From the NCBI GenBank assembly GCA_041691395.1, contig JBEPUT010000012.1:1575-65574 (forward strand): a DNA stretch of 64,000 nt. Reading direction: 5' to 3'. The position numbers were made by a program, and so were the translations under genes. The notes beneath the pieces are model-generated. The model did no database searches. It was not told where the DNA came from and saw only the letters and a list, made by a program, of their open reading frames with translations. The stretch comes from Chitinophagaceae bacterium (GTDB lineage Bacteria > Bacteroidota > Bacteroidia > Chitinophagales > Chitinophagaceae). This document shows, one piece after another, positions 48,633-58,522 of the stretch (positions are counted from its first letter, which is position 1; every line of letters begins with the position of its first letter).

Positions 48633-49955
48633 TTAAATCAGCCTGGCAAAACCGCTGGAGGCTACTTTGCCTTTTAAGACGTGGTCAACAAATCCGTGAT
48701 GAAATGCATCAGCGATATACGCAAACACTTCTTCAATGGCATCGCGATAGGTCATAACGATTTCCTCCGTATGCGCCATGGTTGGATAAATAGATAAGCC
48801 AGCCAGGAATCCCCTGTCCAGCATCAATTGCGTATAAAGCGTTCTCAGTTTTTCCGCATCTTCATGGTCAAAACTGAAATGAGCCAGGGAGGGGTAACCG
48901 GCCGTGACCACAGGCAGTTTATATTTTTCACCGGCACTGCGCCAGTATTGCATGATCAGGTTTCCCACCTTCGCCACATGTTCGGGCACATCAACTCCTG
49001 CCATTTTTTTCAATGTGGCCAAGGCGGCAACGGGACCGATACTTTCCGTCCAGTAGGTACTGCTGATAAAGGAATAATGTGCACCATCCATGGCCTCTTT
49101 TGTTCCAATCACGGCGCCGACAGGCGTGCCATTACCCATGGCTTTTGCGAATACCGCCATGTCCGGCTTCACGCCGAACCGCAGATGTGCGCCACCGTAG
49201 TGCAGGCGCCAGCCAACGGTGATCTCATCAAAAATGAGCAAGGCCCCGCATGCCCTGGTAGCCTCCCGGATAAATTCAAGAAAACCTGGTTCGGGGTCTG
49301 CATTCCGACAAGGCTCCATGATCACTGCTGCAAGCCGGGATCCATAACGATCGATAACCTGTTTGAAACTGTCCAGGTCATTGTACCGGAAAGCAACGGT
49401 TGTATCTCTCAACTGAACGGGAACGCCTAATGGATTAAGACCTGGCAACAGATGACCCCTCAGCGCATCGTTTTCTCCCAAATTTGCCGCCAGATACCAA
49501 TCCTGCCAGCCATGGTAACCACATATAGCAATCACAGAACGGTCCCTGGTAGCACGGGCAATCCGAACCGCCACAGCACAAGCCTCTCCCCCACCGCGAA
49601 CAAATCGGACTTGTTCGGCCCAGGGGTGAATACCGCATAACAAATCTGCCAGCTCTACTTCTTCGGGCGGATTGAGCGAGCACATACTTCCCATTTCCGT
49701 TCTGCGGATGACGGCGCGCGTAACTTCCGGATCGGCATAACCCAACAGACAGGAACCGACCGCGTTGGTGGACATGTCATAATAGTGCTTTTCATCAAGA
49801 TCCCATATCTCACAGCCTTTTGCGCGGCTGAAATAGGCGGGCCAACGGCCCGGTGCCATATTCTCAGGACGTTTACTTAACAATTGCACACCACCGGGAA
49901 TACGGGTCTTCGCATGCAAATAAAGCTTCTCCGTCTTATTTTCAGATTCCGCCAT
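48633..49955 (-). CDS. Class-III PLP aminotransferase (GSA-aminomutase-like, second copy)
   Basis: CGYHGWQDW, IMEP, IFDEITVGWR, VFAKAMGNG (PLP Lys) and SSTYWTE. Confidence 0.88.
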   Translation of the reverse strand: MAESENKTEKLYLHAKTRIPGGVQLLSKRPENMAPGRWPAYFSRAKGCEIWDLDEKHYYDMSTNAVGSCLLGYADPEVTRAVIRRTEMGSMCSLNPPEEVELADLLCGIHPWAEQVRFVRGGGEACAVAVRIARATRDRSVIAICGYHGWQDWYLAANLGENDALRGHLLPGLNPLGVPVQLRDTTVAFRYNDLDSFKQVIDRYGSRLAAVIMEPCRNADPEPGFLEFIREATRACGALLIFDEITVGWRLHYGGAHLRFGVKPDMAVFAKAMGNGTPVGAVIGTKEAMDGAHYSFISSTYWTESIGPVAALATLKKMAGVDVPEHVAKVGNLIMQYWRSAGEKYKLPVVTAGYPSLAHFSFDHEDAEKLRTLYTQLMLDRGFLAGLSIYPTMAHTEEIVMTYRDAIEEVFAYIADAFHHGFVDHVLKGKVASSGFARLI

Positions 49956-50037
49956 TATTCAATCTTTAAATTTTCAACAATTCCTTCCCAGGAACAGGAA
50001 AGCCTGCGATCCGCATCCCTATGGTTTGCGCATCATT

Positions 50038-51156
50038 CTAATGTACACGTATTCTGGCAAATTCAATGCGGGTGTTATCACTATGGTCTCCCGCGTAATA
50101 ATAGGCGATCATTTCACCAGGTCCCAGATTTAAGAGTGTAGGATGACCAACAGAAAAACGGGTCATTTCATCCCAGGCATCATCCATACTGATATTCCGG
50201 CTATCCTGCATTTTAAGTTTACTGTTGTAAACGACCAGGCTTTCATCAAAGGTCCGACCATGGTCTCGGCTGGTACGGACCGTTATAATGGGTCTTATGG
50301 ACCGGTCGATATCAATTGCAGCTATTCTTCCATCTCCAAGATCAACCGGCTGTCCGGGTTGTCCGTAGACCCCGGTATCCCAGATATCACCCCAGGTCTT
50401 GCCGCCATCATGACTCTCTCTGGCATGGATGTTCAGGTATTGCTGTCTTTGCCCGTCAAGGGTCCAGAAAAAGTCCACAATTGTATTTCCGTCGGCAATA
50501 ACATTCGGACGCTGGTCCCAGTAATACATACCCGGCGCTTCGGTGACCTTTACCACGTCGCCCCAGGTTTTCCCTCCGTCGTTTGAAAAGATCATGGCTG
50601 ATTTATGAACCCATTCCGATTTATCCCAATCGTGTTTATTGATCTCAAACTGGCACACGATGGTTCCGTCCCTCAACCGGAACGGAGCACCCGTGAGCGG
50701 CGTAGGATCACGTACGGGATCTGTATTCATTAACTCAGGAGTTGACCAGGTTTCCCCTTCGTCATCGGAAAGGCTTATAAATATTCGGGTATCCTTAAGG
50801 CTTGAATTTACCGGATCATAATAGGGCTTTGACAAATCAGAAGAATCAACCCAGTTAGACAACATCAGCACCCGTTTACCGCCCAGCGAAAGAAAATATA
50901 AAATGCGGCTCTGGCCCGCAACACCATCAATATCCGGCAACTTGACGGGTTCAAATGGTCTGACCCAGGTCTTGCCCTCATCATCAGACCATGTCATCAC
51001 CGCGTGCATAAAATCACAGTCTCCTTTTTTCTCCGATGCCTTGAAAGCACCAAGCCATCTGCCTGAAGGCAATTTCTCAATACAGGGGAAAGCATTACTG
51101 CTGAAATTTTTATCATCCAGCGGTTTGGTTATACTGCCTTTGCTTATTATTTGCAT
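50038..51156 (-). CDS. Cytoplasmic BNR/Asp-box beta-propeller (sialidase-fold) protein
   Basis: Five Asp-boxes (SDDEGKTW, SDDEGETW, SNDGGKTW, SHDGGKTW, SRDHGRTF). No signal peptide and no canonical RIP motif. Confidence 0.8.
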   Translation of the reverse strand: MQIISKGSITKPLDDKNFSSNAFPCIEKLPSGRWLGAFKASEKKGDCDFMHAVMTWSDDEGKTWVRPFEPVKLPDIDGVAGQSRILYFLSLGGKRVLMLSNWVDSSDLSKPYYDPVNSSLKDTRIFISLSDDEGETWSTPELMNTDPVRDPTPLTGAPFRLRDGTIVCQFEINKHDWDKSEWVHKSAMIFSNDGGKTWGDVVKVTEAPGMYYWDQRPNVIADGNTIVDFFWTLDGQRQQYLNIHARESHDGGKTWGDIWDTGVYGQPGQPVDLGDGRIAAIDIDRSIRPIITVRTSRDHGRTFDESLVVYNSKLKMQDSRNISMDDAWDEMTRFSVGHPTLLNLGPGEMIAYYYAGDHSDNTRIEFARIRVH

Positions 51157-51193
51157 CGGATTTTTTTAGTTCATGCAAGATCCCTCAAGCGGA

Positions 51194-52246
51194 TCAGGAA
51201 GCTTCGGTTACTCCAAATGCTCTCCTGGCATTGTGACAGAAAATATCGTTTATCTGGTCTTTGGAAAGGCCTGCCAGTTGTGCTGCGTGTTTCACGGCCA
51301 GGAGCTGATCGTAAATCGCCAGGATCGGGCGCGCATCCGTATGAATATTCGGCTTTTTGGCATATTCCGGTGTTTCCATCTGGTACCAGAAGCGGCCGAG
51401 GGGAGCGTATCTTCCATGAAAAGCGTTCGCCGCCAGATTATCGGAGCCATAAAAAATCCTTTTATGGTCTTCTTTCTTAAACAGCGTGTAGTGGGCCATC
51501 ACATCTGAAACGGCCGAATTGTCGTACCAGATATTGGGCATCTCGCGGAGCCGGTTGATCGCCTTTTCAATCGCCCAGTAGGTAAAACTTCGGGCGCAGT
51601 GCGCCAGGATCCATTTAATCTTCGGATATCTGCGCGTTGTATATTCTTCCAGGTCTCTCAGATTTTCTTCATCTGCGCAACCATGATAACGGGAAAGATG
51701 CATGGTGACCCACAAGCCCATTTCATTCGCCAGTTCCAGTTGGGGAGGCGTAAAAAATTCGGATATCCGGCATTGGTTTGGATCACCGGTTAGTGAATAT
51801 AACCGGTAGGGTTTCAGGCCCTGAAATCCCTTTTTCAGCATATCGTTTCGGATATCCTCAACCTGGCATTGCGGAGTGACCAGTCGGTGTCCCCGGGAGT
51901 TCGGCTTTTTTTTCAATTCATCCGCTAAAAATGCGTTGTGTGCCTGAACGTCCATGCCCGGGCAGGGAGTCCCCAGGACCAGGTAGTCTATCTGTCGCCC
52001 GGGAAACATCCTTTTGTTCCACGCTTCCGTAACGCGGAAGTCCGCGAAGACATACGCGTTACGATGTGCGTGGTTTACTGGTAAATGTTCGTCGTTCCAG
52101 AAGTGTATGTGTGCGTCAAATATTTTTTCGGGCACAAACGATTCCAGATCTTCTTCCCACACGATACGATCCGAATCGTTCATAAAAATCACCTGTCCGT
52201 CGGGGGCGGTTTCAAGTGATGTTCGATCTTCCTTTTCTCCATTCAT
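51194..52246 (-). CDS. Amidohydrolase-family (TIM-barrel) protein
   Basis: DAHIH metal motif, GLKPY, TMH, ILAHCAR and IFYGSD. Confidence 0.85.
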   Translation of the reverse strand: MNGEKEDRTSLETAPDGQVIFMNDSDRIVWEEDLESFVPEKIFDAHIHFWNDEHLPVNHAHRNAYVFADFRVTEAWNKRMFPGRQIDYLVLGTPCPGMDVQAHNAFLADELKKKPNSRGHRLVTPQCQVEDIRNDMLKKGFQGLKPYRLYSLTGDPNQCRISEFFTPPQLELANEMGLWVTMHLSRYHGCADEENLRDLEEYTTRRYPKIKWILAHCARSFTYWAIEKAINRLREMPNIWYDNSAVSDVMAHYTLFKKEDHKRIFYGSDNLAANAFHGRYAPLGRFWYQMETPEYAKKPNIHTDARPILAIYDQLLAVKHAAQLAGLSKDQINDIFCHNARRAFGVTEAS

Positions 52247-52375
52247 AACCCTCAGATAAGTTGTTAACCATTTTCAATATGACAAGCCTGAATGACCAAA
52301 ATTAACTTCCGACATTCTATCAATATGGAATATTTATGCTCATTTATAGTACTTTATTTCAGAAACCCGTTTGCC

Positions 52376-53593
52376 TCAGTGCCGTCTACGCGCCACATCC
52401 TTTTGTTTTACTGTTTCGGCCAGGTAGGCCACCGTTTCAGCCGGATTAAAGCGATCTGGCGAAAACGCGCTGACGTCTATCTGCGTCCGGCCATCCGCAA
52501 CGAATTCCGCCAGCAGCAATCCCGACACGGGATTATACGCAAAACCGCCTGAATGAAAGGCCAGACCAAGATACAATCCCGGAATCGCAGAGACTGGCCC
52601 CAAGATGGGCTCTCCATCCATGGAAAAGGTCAAAAGACCAATCTTGTCGCTCTCCCAACGGACCTTCTCAAGGGCTGGCACAAAAGGCGTGAATTTCGAT
52701 CTGATCTCTTCCTTTAGCCGGACCGGAGCATATTGGTCATCCGGGTGCTTTTCCAGTTCATTCAGGTGATAGGTAAGCGAAGTGACACGTTGCTCTTCCC
52801 GCTCCCCCGTTTCTATTCCAAAAAGCAGTCGGCCACCTGATGCGGGACGGACATAACCTCCCAGTGGATCCGCATTAACAGCCGGAATCAACAGGGGTTT
52901 CCCGAGAGGTTCCGTAGTATAACGTTGATGAATAACTGTTTTCACCGGCAGCTGCAGGTTTAGTCTGGAAAGCAATACATTCGTCCAGGAATATACGGTG
53001 CTTAGCACGACATCTGCTTCGACCTCTCCGGCAGCGGTTTTCACGCCGGCCACCGTTTCACCCCTCATCATAAAATCCGTCACCAGCTGATGTTCGCGAA
53101 TCTCGACACCGAGTACGCGGCATTTCTTTGTCAATGCCGGAATATAATCCTGTGGCTCGCTATAACCACCCCGTGGATCAAAAAGCCCGATGAAATCTCC
53201 CGGTGGATAAAGCTCAGGCCATCGTTTGTGCATTTCATATGCATCCAGTATTTCATAAGGGGCCTGACAATGGTCGTAAAGAGGCAGAAGTTTTTCACGC
53301 ACCGTCCACGACAGCGGATCAAAAAGGTTCAGTGCGCCAGTGTCCTGAAACCGGTAGCCTTCCAATTCTTCCGAAAGATCCCGGAAAAGCTGCAGACTGA
53401 TTTTACGCGACCTTACGCCGGTCTCACTCCACAATAATCCGGTAATGATTCCGGCAGCCCTGCTGCTTGACCCATCTCCTACCGGTCCCTTATCCAGTAC
53501 AATTACTTTTTCAAAACCTTTGCGTGCCAGGTGATAGGCCGTGCTAAGGCCTGTAACGCCTGCACCAAGAATAACAACGGTACTGCGGTTCAT
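52376..53593 (-). CDS. FAD-dependent oxidoreductase, DAO/sarcosine-oxidase-beta family
   Basis: ILGAGVTGLSTAYHLA, GSSSRAAG, DGEPILG, GFAYNP..G and FSPDRF. True start 53593. Confidence 0.88.
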   Translation of the reverse strand: MNRSTVVILGAGVTGLSTAYHLARKGFEKVIVLDKGPVGDGSSSRAAGIITGLLWSETGVRSRKISLQLFRDLSEELEGYRFQDTGALNLFDPLSWTVREKLLPLYDHCQAPYEILDAYEMHKRWPELYPPGDFIGLFDPRGGYSEPQDYIPALTKKCRVLGVEIREHQLVTDFMMRGETVAGVKTAAGEVEADVVLSTVYSWTNVLLSRLNLQLPVKTVIHQRYTTEPLGKPLLIPAVNADPLGGYVRPASGGRLLFGIETGEREEQRVTSLTYHLNELEKHPDDQYAPVRLKEEIRSKFTPFVPALEKVRWESDKIGLLTFSMDGEPILGPVSAIPGLYLGLAFHSGGFAYNPVSGLLLAEFVADGRTQIDVSAFSPDRFNPAETVAYLAETVKQKDVARRRH

Positions 53594-53603
53594 TTTTAAT
53601 TTA

Positions 53604-55166
53604 TTATTTTTTGTCTTCCGGACGTTCTGGACGAAGAAGGTCGACGCCCGCGCCTCCCATAAATGAATAGAGCTCGGCATGCTGCAGAATAAACCGCAGA
53701 CGAAGCCCGGCATGCAAGTCTGGTAAATGTTTATGTTTTTGCCAGCTGACCGGCAACGCCGTGCCATCACTTCGGATAATATGGCATTCCCCAGCACTAT
53801 AGCCTGGCAAAACGTTTCCATTTTCGTCAAGCACTTCTACTTTTAATGAACCGGAGCCGGCGTTCGCATTTACCAGCAGCTCCTGATGAAGATTTTTCAG
53901 CGACCGGGTCGTTACGATCCCAATGGTCTCATCCGCATCCAGGGAAACAAAACCGTCCTTGCGCAAAGTCGCAAGGCCAATGGCAGCCTTTGCTGAATCT
54001 TCCGGCGCGCCATGCGTCTGCTTACATCCTCCGTACCAGAGTTTGATCGTATTGTTTTCAACCAGCGGATGGTTGGGTGTAAAGATCATGCCCTGATCCC
54101 AGGAACCCCTCGGGCCAACGGGTAAAATAGGGATGCGTTCCCCATTTACTGTTTCCTCGCGGACCCAATGAATGCCATCCCGACTGCTGGCCAGTTCACA
54201 ATAGATTGGTCCATCATCATGAGCATCTGTTATATGAAATATCCAAAGAAAGCCGAGGTATCCGGATTCGTAAGGAAAAGCACTCAGTCCGTAGAATTCC
54301 GTCCGCTGACCCGGCTGAGTTACCCAGTGATCGTCCGCTTTATCCGGCATCATGATGAGACGGGTTGAAGGCCAGTGCTCAAAATCTTTCGTAGCGGTGA
54401 ACCCAACACATCGCCGCCTGAAACCCCGGACAATGGCAAATATTTTCGGAAAACCAATATAACGATGGGTATGATCATCCCAAACAAATTGGCCAACGTC
54501 CCCCGGGTCTTTGAGAACCGGGTTATGCGCAACGTCAGTCCAGTGAATACCATCCGGTGAATACGCGCCCCAATAACCTCGGATCAAATGATCCGGTCTC
54601 GTACGGCCGTAATCATAGTTGAGCAGTTTGTACCGGCGATTGGAATCTTTTTCCCAGGGAGTATAAATAACCTGGGGTAAAACATCCTCTTTTGTACGGC
54701 GCAAAAAAATATTATTGGCTTTTGAGCCTTTGTAATCAACGATGCCCAGCTCCGGTTTTTCCCAGGTCAGCCCATCCTTACTGGTTGCATACAGATCAGC
54801 ATACTCACCAGCCCAGGATTGATACCATAGCCTGTAACCCTTTTCTTTTTCGTTGGGCAACACAGTTCCAAACACGTAAGCCATTCGGCCCTCCCAGGGT
54901 TTATCTGCGATGAGTAAGGGATTTCCGGCATGTTTTATAAACGGGTGATAGGTTCGCTTGATATGCTCTTTTTTGGCTACCAGATAATCGTCTGCCAGCA
55001 GTTGCCAGCTCCCTGCTAGACCGGCAAAGGCCGTCTGTTCCGACGTATCCACCATGGAGGGAGCGCCAGCGCTCAACGGGGCATTTTGGATCCCGCCCGC
55101 AGCCATACAAATAACGGCCGGGATGAAGACGAAAAATAAATACCTTATTTCAATACCCTTAAGCAT
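53604..55166 (-). CDS. Secreted five-bladed beta-propeller putative glycoside hydrolase (paralog A1)
   Basis: Signal peptide, ADKPWEG, SKDGLTWEKPELG, SRDGIHW, ATLRKDGFVS and a C-terminal beta-sandwich. Confidence 0.7.
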   Translation of the reverse strand: MLKGIEIRYLFFVFIPAVICMAAGGIQNAPLSAGAPSMVDTSEQTAFAGLAGSWQLLADDYLVAKKEHIKRTYHPFIKHAGNPLLIADKPWEGRMAYVFGTVLPNEKEKGYRLWYQSWAGEYADLYATSKDGLTWEKPELGIVDYKGSKANNIFLRRTKEDVLPQVIYTPWEKDSNRRYKLLNYDYGRTRPDHLIRGYWGAYSPDGIHWTDVAHNPVLKDPGDVGQFVWDDHTHRYIGFPKIFAIVRGFRRRCVGFTATKDFEHWPSTRLIMMPDKADDHWVTQPGQRTEFYGLSAFPYESGYLGFLWIFHITDAHDDGPIYCELASSRDGIHWVREETVNGERIPILPVGPRGSWDQGMIFTPNHPLVENNTIKLWYGGCKQTHGAPEDSAKAAIGLATLRKDGFVSLDADETIGIVTTRSLKNLHQELLVNANAGSGSLKVEVLDENGNVLPGYSAGECHIIRSDGTALPVSWQKHKHLPDLHAGLRLRFILQHAELYSFMGGAGVDLLRPERPEDKK

Positions 55167-55202
55167 AATTAAAATTTCAAATGCTCAATGACCATCGGCA
55201 GG

Positions 55203-56144
55203 TCAATCATTAAATACTAATAGTTCAGGGATGTGCATTTTTGCCTTTGCCCGGGCCGCCACTACCTCGTCCTGCGGTATCCACCGATAGGGCCAGCGCA
55301 AACGCGTGCCAATAGGAAACCATCCCCCCACAGCGGCCAGGAATTTATCCAGGGCCGGATTAGAAAACCCAGCGTGCTGATAGGGGATAATGCATTCTTC
55401 AAAAAAATTCAGGATTCTCTGCTGAATCTCTAGCGCCTTGTCCAGATCCGTCTGCATTAATGCCCACCACGCTTGTGCTCCTTTGGGGCTGAGGCAAGCG
55501 ATATTTGAATAGGATCCGGCGGCAACTGACTCCTTCAGACCTGTCGCCAACTTGTGCCCCGGAACAAACACGGAAAGATGGGTTGCCTGTTCCCGCATCT
55601 TACGATACCATTCCGCGTTTCCACCAGCCACCTTGATACCGATCAGGGTGGGAACACTTTCTTTCAAAGAATGATAATCCTCAGGAGTTAAGACCTGCTT
55701 GGCATGTGGAGGATTGTATAATACTATCGGAATACCTCCTGCTTCCGCAGCCATTTTTTGAAGAAAAATAATTTGCTCTTCCTTTGTCATGATTACCCAA
55801 TCGGGTAAAATAACCTGGAAGGCGTCCGGTTTCAAATACAAACTTCTCTTCAATCTTTCTAAGGAGGTTACCGGGCTTGGATGGCTAACTCCTATCTGAT
55901 AGCGGATTCCTGCGGCGGCGCATTTCCTTCCCAACAACTCACAGATGCCATCAAATTCATCTTCCGTCTGGTTATAGAATTCACCAGCCGTCCCATTGGA
56001 ATAGATCCCATCCAGACCGGCCGTAATCAGGTAATCCAATTCACCATTCAAAACCGGGTAATCAATGTGGTCATCGCTACCCAAAGGCAGCAATAAAGTT
56101 CCCCAATTGCCCCTGAGATTTTGCGATGTTAATTTTGCCTGCAT
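55203..56144 (-). CDS. DapA/NanA-family class-I aldolase or lyase
   Basis: SNGTAGEF phosphate/carboxylate loop, VLYNPP (Tyr) and IGIKVAG (Schiff-base Lys). Confidence 0.85.
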   Translation of the reverse strand: MQAKLTSQNLRGNWGTLLLPLGSDDHIDYPVLNGELDYLITAGLDGIYSNGTAGEFYNQTEDEFDGICELLGRKCAAAGIRYQIGVSHPSPVTSLERLKRSLYLKPDAFQVILPDWVIMTKEEQIIFLQKMAAEAGGIPIVLYNPPHAKQVLTPEDYHSLKESVPTLIGIKVAGGNAEWYRKMREQATHLSVFVPGHKLATGLKESVAAGSYSNIACLSPKGAQAWWALMQTDLDKALEIQQRILNFFEECIIPYQHAGFSNPALDKFLAAVGGWFPIGTRLRWPYRWIPQDEVVAARAKAKMHIPELLVFND

Positions 56145-56191
56145 AACAAAAAGGATAAGTCTTCTTTAACGCATCGGTTCCCTATGATTGA

Positions 56192-58471
56192 TCAATTAGG
56201 CCGAAGATCGATGCGGAAAAGCTTTTGAATCTCCGATGCAGTCAAGACTTTTCTATCGACCCCGATATGTTTAGCCTTCCCGGTGAATTGTGCCTGGGGA
56301 ACGGGCGTTACCTCCTCTTTGTAAGTCATAAAATGTTCGTCGGCATCTGCTCCAAAAAACAAATTATTTCCCAGGTGAATGCCTACTTCCGGCAGCGCAT
56401 CCGGCAATTCAAAATAACGGCGTATGTTCTTATCCGTTACCAAGTGCGCAGCTCCGAATTGTAAACGCCCCCGTCCCACCTCCTTACCATCCAGATAAAG
56501 AATAACCAGTCCCAGATCATAGGTCACTGCCAGCAGATGAAATTTTCCGTCATGGAACGCCAATGGTCTTGACTGAACGGTCTGCCCGTTGACATTAAAG
56601 CGCAATCCTGGATTTTTTTTACCTGCCGGATCGAAGTCAAACAGCAGCTCGCCACTCGCCAGGTCCCCGCTGCCGCGGTAATTGCTGAATAACCGCATAG
56701 GTCCCTGACGGTTTGTCTTAACCATGGCCGATAAAGTAAAACGGGCGCCCAGATCGGTGGTATTCAGTATTTCAATTTTTGTCGGATACAAAGTATCGAA
56801 AGGAAAGTTAACGGATTCACTGGCTTTCGAAGGACGATCCGGATCCGCTGCGACCGATACCGGCCCGTAAAGCCGGTAAGGCGGAAGTTGATCCGCCTTT
56901 TTAAATGTCAGGTGAATGTCTTGCGGCTGTGCCGGATCAAAAACATCAACATCTGCGCCGCCATTAAAAGAATACAGGGAAGCATTTTGAAGAATGAACC
57001 GCAAACGGAATGGCTCCCGGGAATCCGGTAAACTCATGTGGTTTCTCCAGCTGACCTGAATGGAGGTGCTATCCATGCGGACGACCTTACACTCGGAACG
57101 ACTAAAACCCCGTACCACTCCTCCATTTCGCCCAACCACTTCAACGGTTAGTGAACCACCCGCAGCATTCGCATTCACCAGCAGCGGCCCATGAAGATTT
57201 TTCAATAATTTGGTCGTAACGATGCCTGTGGAACCCGTTGCATCCAGGGAAGCAAATCCATCTTTTCGTAAAGTGGCCAGACCTATGCCCGCTCCGACAC
57301 TGGCATCGGGTGCGTCATGCGTTGCTTTAGAACCACCGTACCAGAGTTTAATGATATTGTTTTCAACCAACGGATGATTTGGCGTAAAAATCATTCCCTG
57401 ATCCCAGGCACCCTTCTGACCCACCGGCAGTATGGACAGCCGTTTGCCATTCGATACTTCTTGACGTATCCAACTGATCCCATCCCGGCTGCTGACCAGT
57501 TCACAATAAATCGGCCCATCGTTTTTGCCGTCGGTAATATGGAATATCCAAAGAAAACCAAGGTATCCGGATTCATAGGGAAAAGCGCTCAATCCGTAAA
57601 ATTCCGTCCGCTGGTTTTTCAGGGAGGCCCAGAGATCATCCGCTTCATCGGGAACCATTATAAGTTGGGCCGACGGCCAGTGTTCAAAATCCTTTGTTGC
57701 AGTGAATCCAACGCATCGCCTGTTGAACCCCCGGACGACTGTAAAGATTTTCGGGTATCCGATATAACGTCCAGTATGGGCGTCCCACACAAAATTTCCG
57801 ACGTCTCCCGGATCTTTCAGTACCGGATTCTGCGGTACGTCCGTCCAGTGGATTCCATCGGATGAATAGGCGCCCCAGAAACCGCTCACCAGGTGATCCG
57901 GTTTCGTGCGGCCATAGTCATAATTGAGTAATTTGTACCTACGGTTAGGATCTTTTTCCCAGGGTGTATAAATAACCTGAGGCAAATGATCTTCTTTGGT
58001 TCGACGTAAAAAAATATTATTGGCTTTAGAACCATTATAATCAATGATCCCAAGTTCCGGCTTCTCCCAGGTCAATCCATCCCGACTTGTCGCATATAAA
58101 TTCCGGTACTCCTTTCCCCAGGCCTGATACCAAATCCGATAGCCCGTTGCATTTTCGTTGGGTAATACCGTACCATAAATATAGACCATGCTGCCTTCCC
58201 AGGGTTTGTCTGCTACAAGCACCGGATTGCCTGCATATTTTGTAAACGGATGATACGTCCGTTGAACATGTTCTTTTTTTTCAACCAGATAGTCGTCCAC
58301 CAGCAACTGCCAGTCCCCCGTAAGATCGGCGAAGCTTTTCGGTCTTGCTGTATCGGAGGCATTTTTTGAGGTCCGGGCCGTCCAGTATTTTTCGCTTTTA
58401 CCGCGACTGGGATAAAGTACGGCGCAAAGAAAAGCAAGCCATACATATTTCATCGTTGTTCGGTCGATCAT
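56192..58471 (-). CDS. Secreted five-bladed beta-propeller putative glycoside hydrolase with a C-terminal LamG/ConA-like domain (paralog A2)
   Basis: Close paralog of 53604-55166 with long identical stretches. Extra C-terminal domain: FTLSAMV...FHLLAVTYD.G.V.LYLDG. Confidence 0.72.
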   Translation of the reverse strand: MIDRTTMKYVWLAFLCAVLYPSRGKSEKYWTARTSKNASDTARPKSFADLTGDWQLLVDDYLVEKKEHVQRTYHPFTKYAGNPVLVADKPWEGSMVYIYGTVLPNENATGYRIWYQAWGKEYRNLYATSRDGLTWEKPELGIIDYNGSKANNIFLRRTKEDHLPQVIYTPWEKDPNRRYKLLNYDYGRTKPDHLVSGFWGAYSSDGIHWTDVPQNPVLKDPGDVGNFVWDAHTGRYIGYPKIFTVVRGFNRRCVGFTATKDFEHWPSAQLIMVPDEADDLWASLKNQRTEFYGLSAFPYESGYLGFLWIFHITDGKNDGPIYCELVSSRDGISWIRQEVSNGKRLSILPVGQKGAWDQGMIFTPNHPLVENNIIKLWYGGSKATHDAPDASVGAGIGLATLRKDGFASLDATGSTGIVTTKLLKNLHGPLLVNANAAGGSLTVEVVGRNGGVVRGFSRSECKVVRMDSTSIQVSWRNHMSLPDSREPFRLRFILQNASLYSFNGGADVDVFDPAQPQDIHLTFKKADQLPPYRLYGPVSVAADPDRPSKASESVNFPFDTLYPTKIEILNTTDLGARFTLSAMVKTNRQGPMRLFSNYRGSGDLASGELLFDFDPAGKKNPGLRFNVNGQTVQSRPLAFHDGKFHLLAVTYDLGLVILYLDGKEVGRGRLQFGAAHLVTDKNIRRYFELPDALPEVGIHLGNNLFFGADADEHFMTYKEEVTPVPQAQFTGKAKHIGVDRKVLTASEIQKLFRIDLRPN

Positions 58472-58522
58472 AATTAGATACCCGATTTTAGCCAGGGTTC
58501 AACAAGAAAGTAAAGTCCCTTC

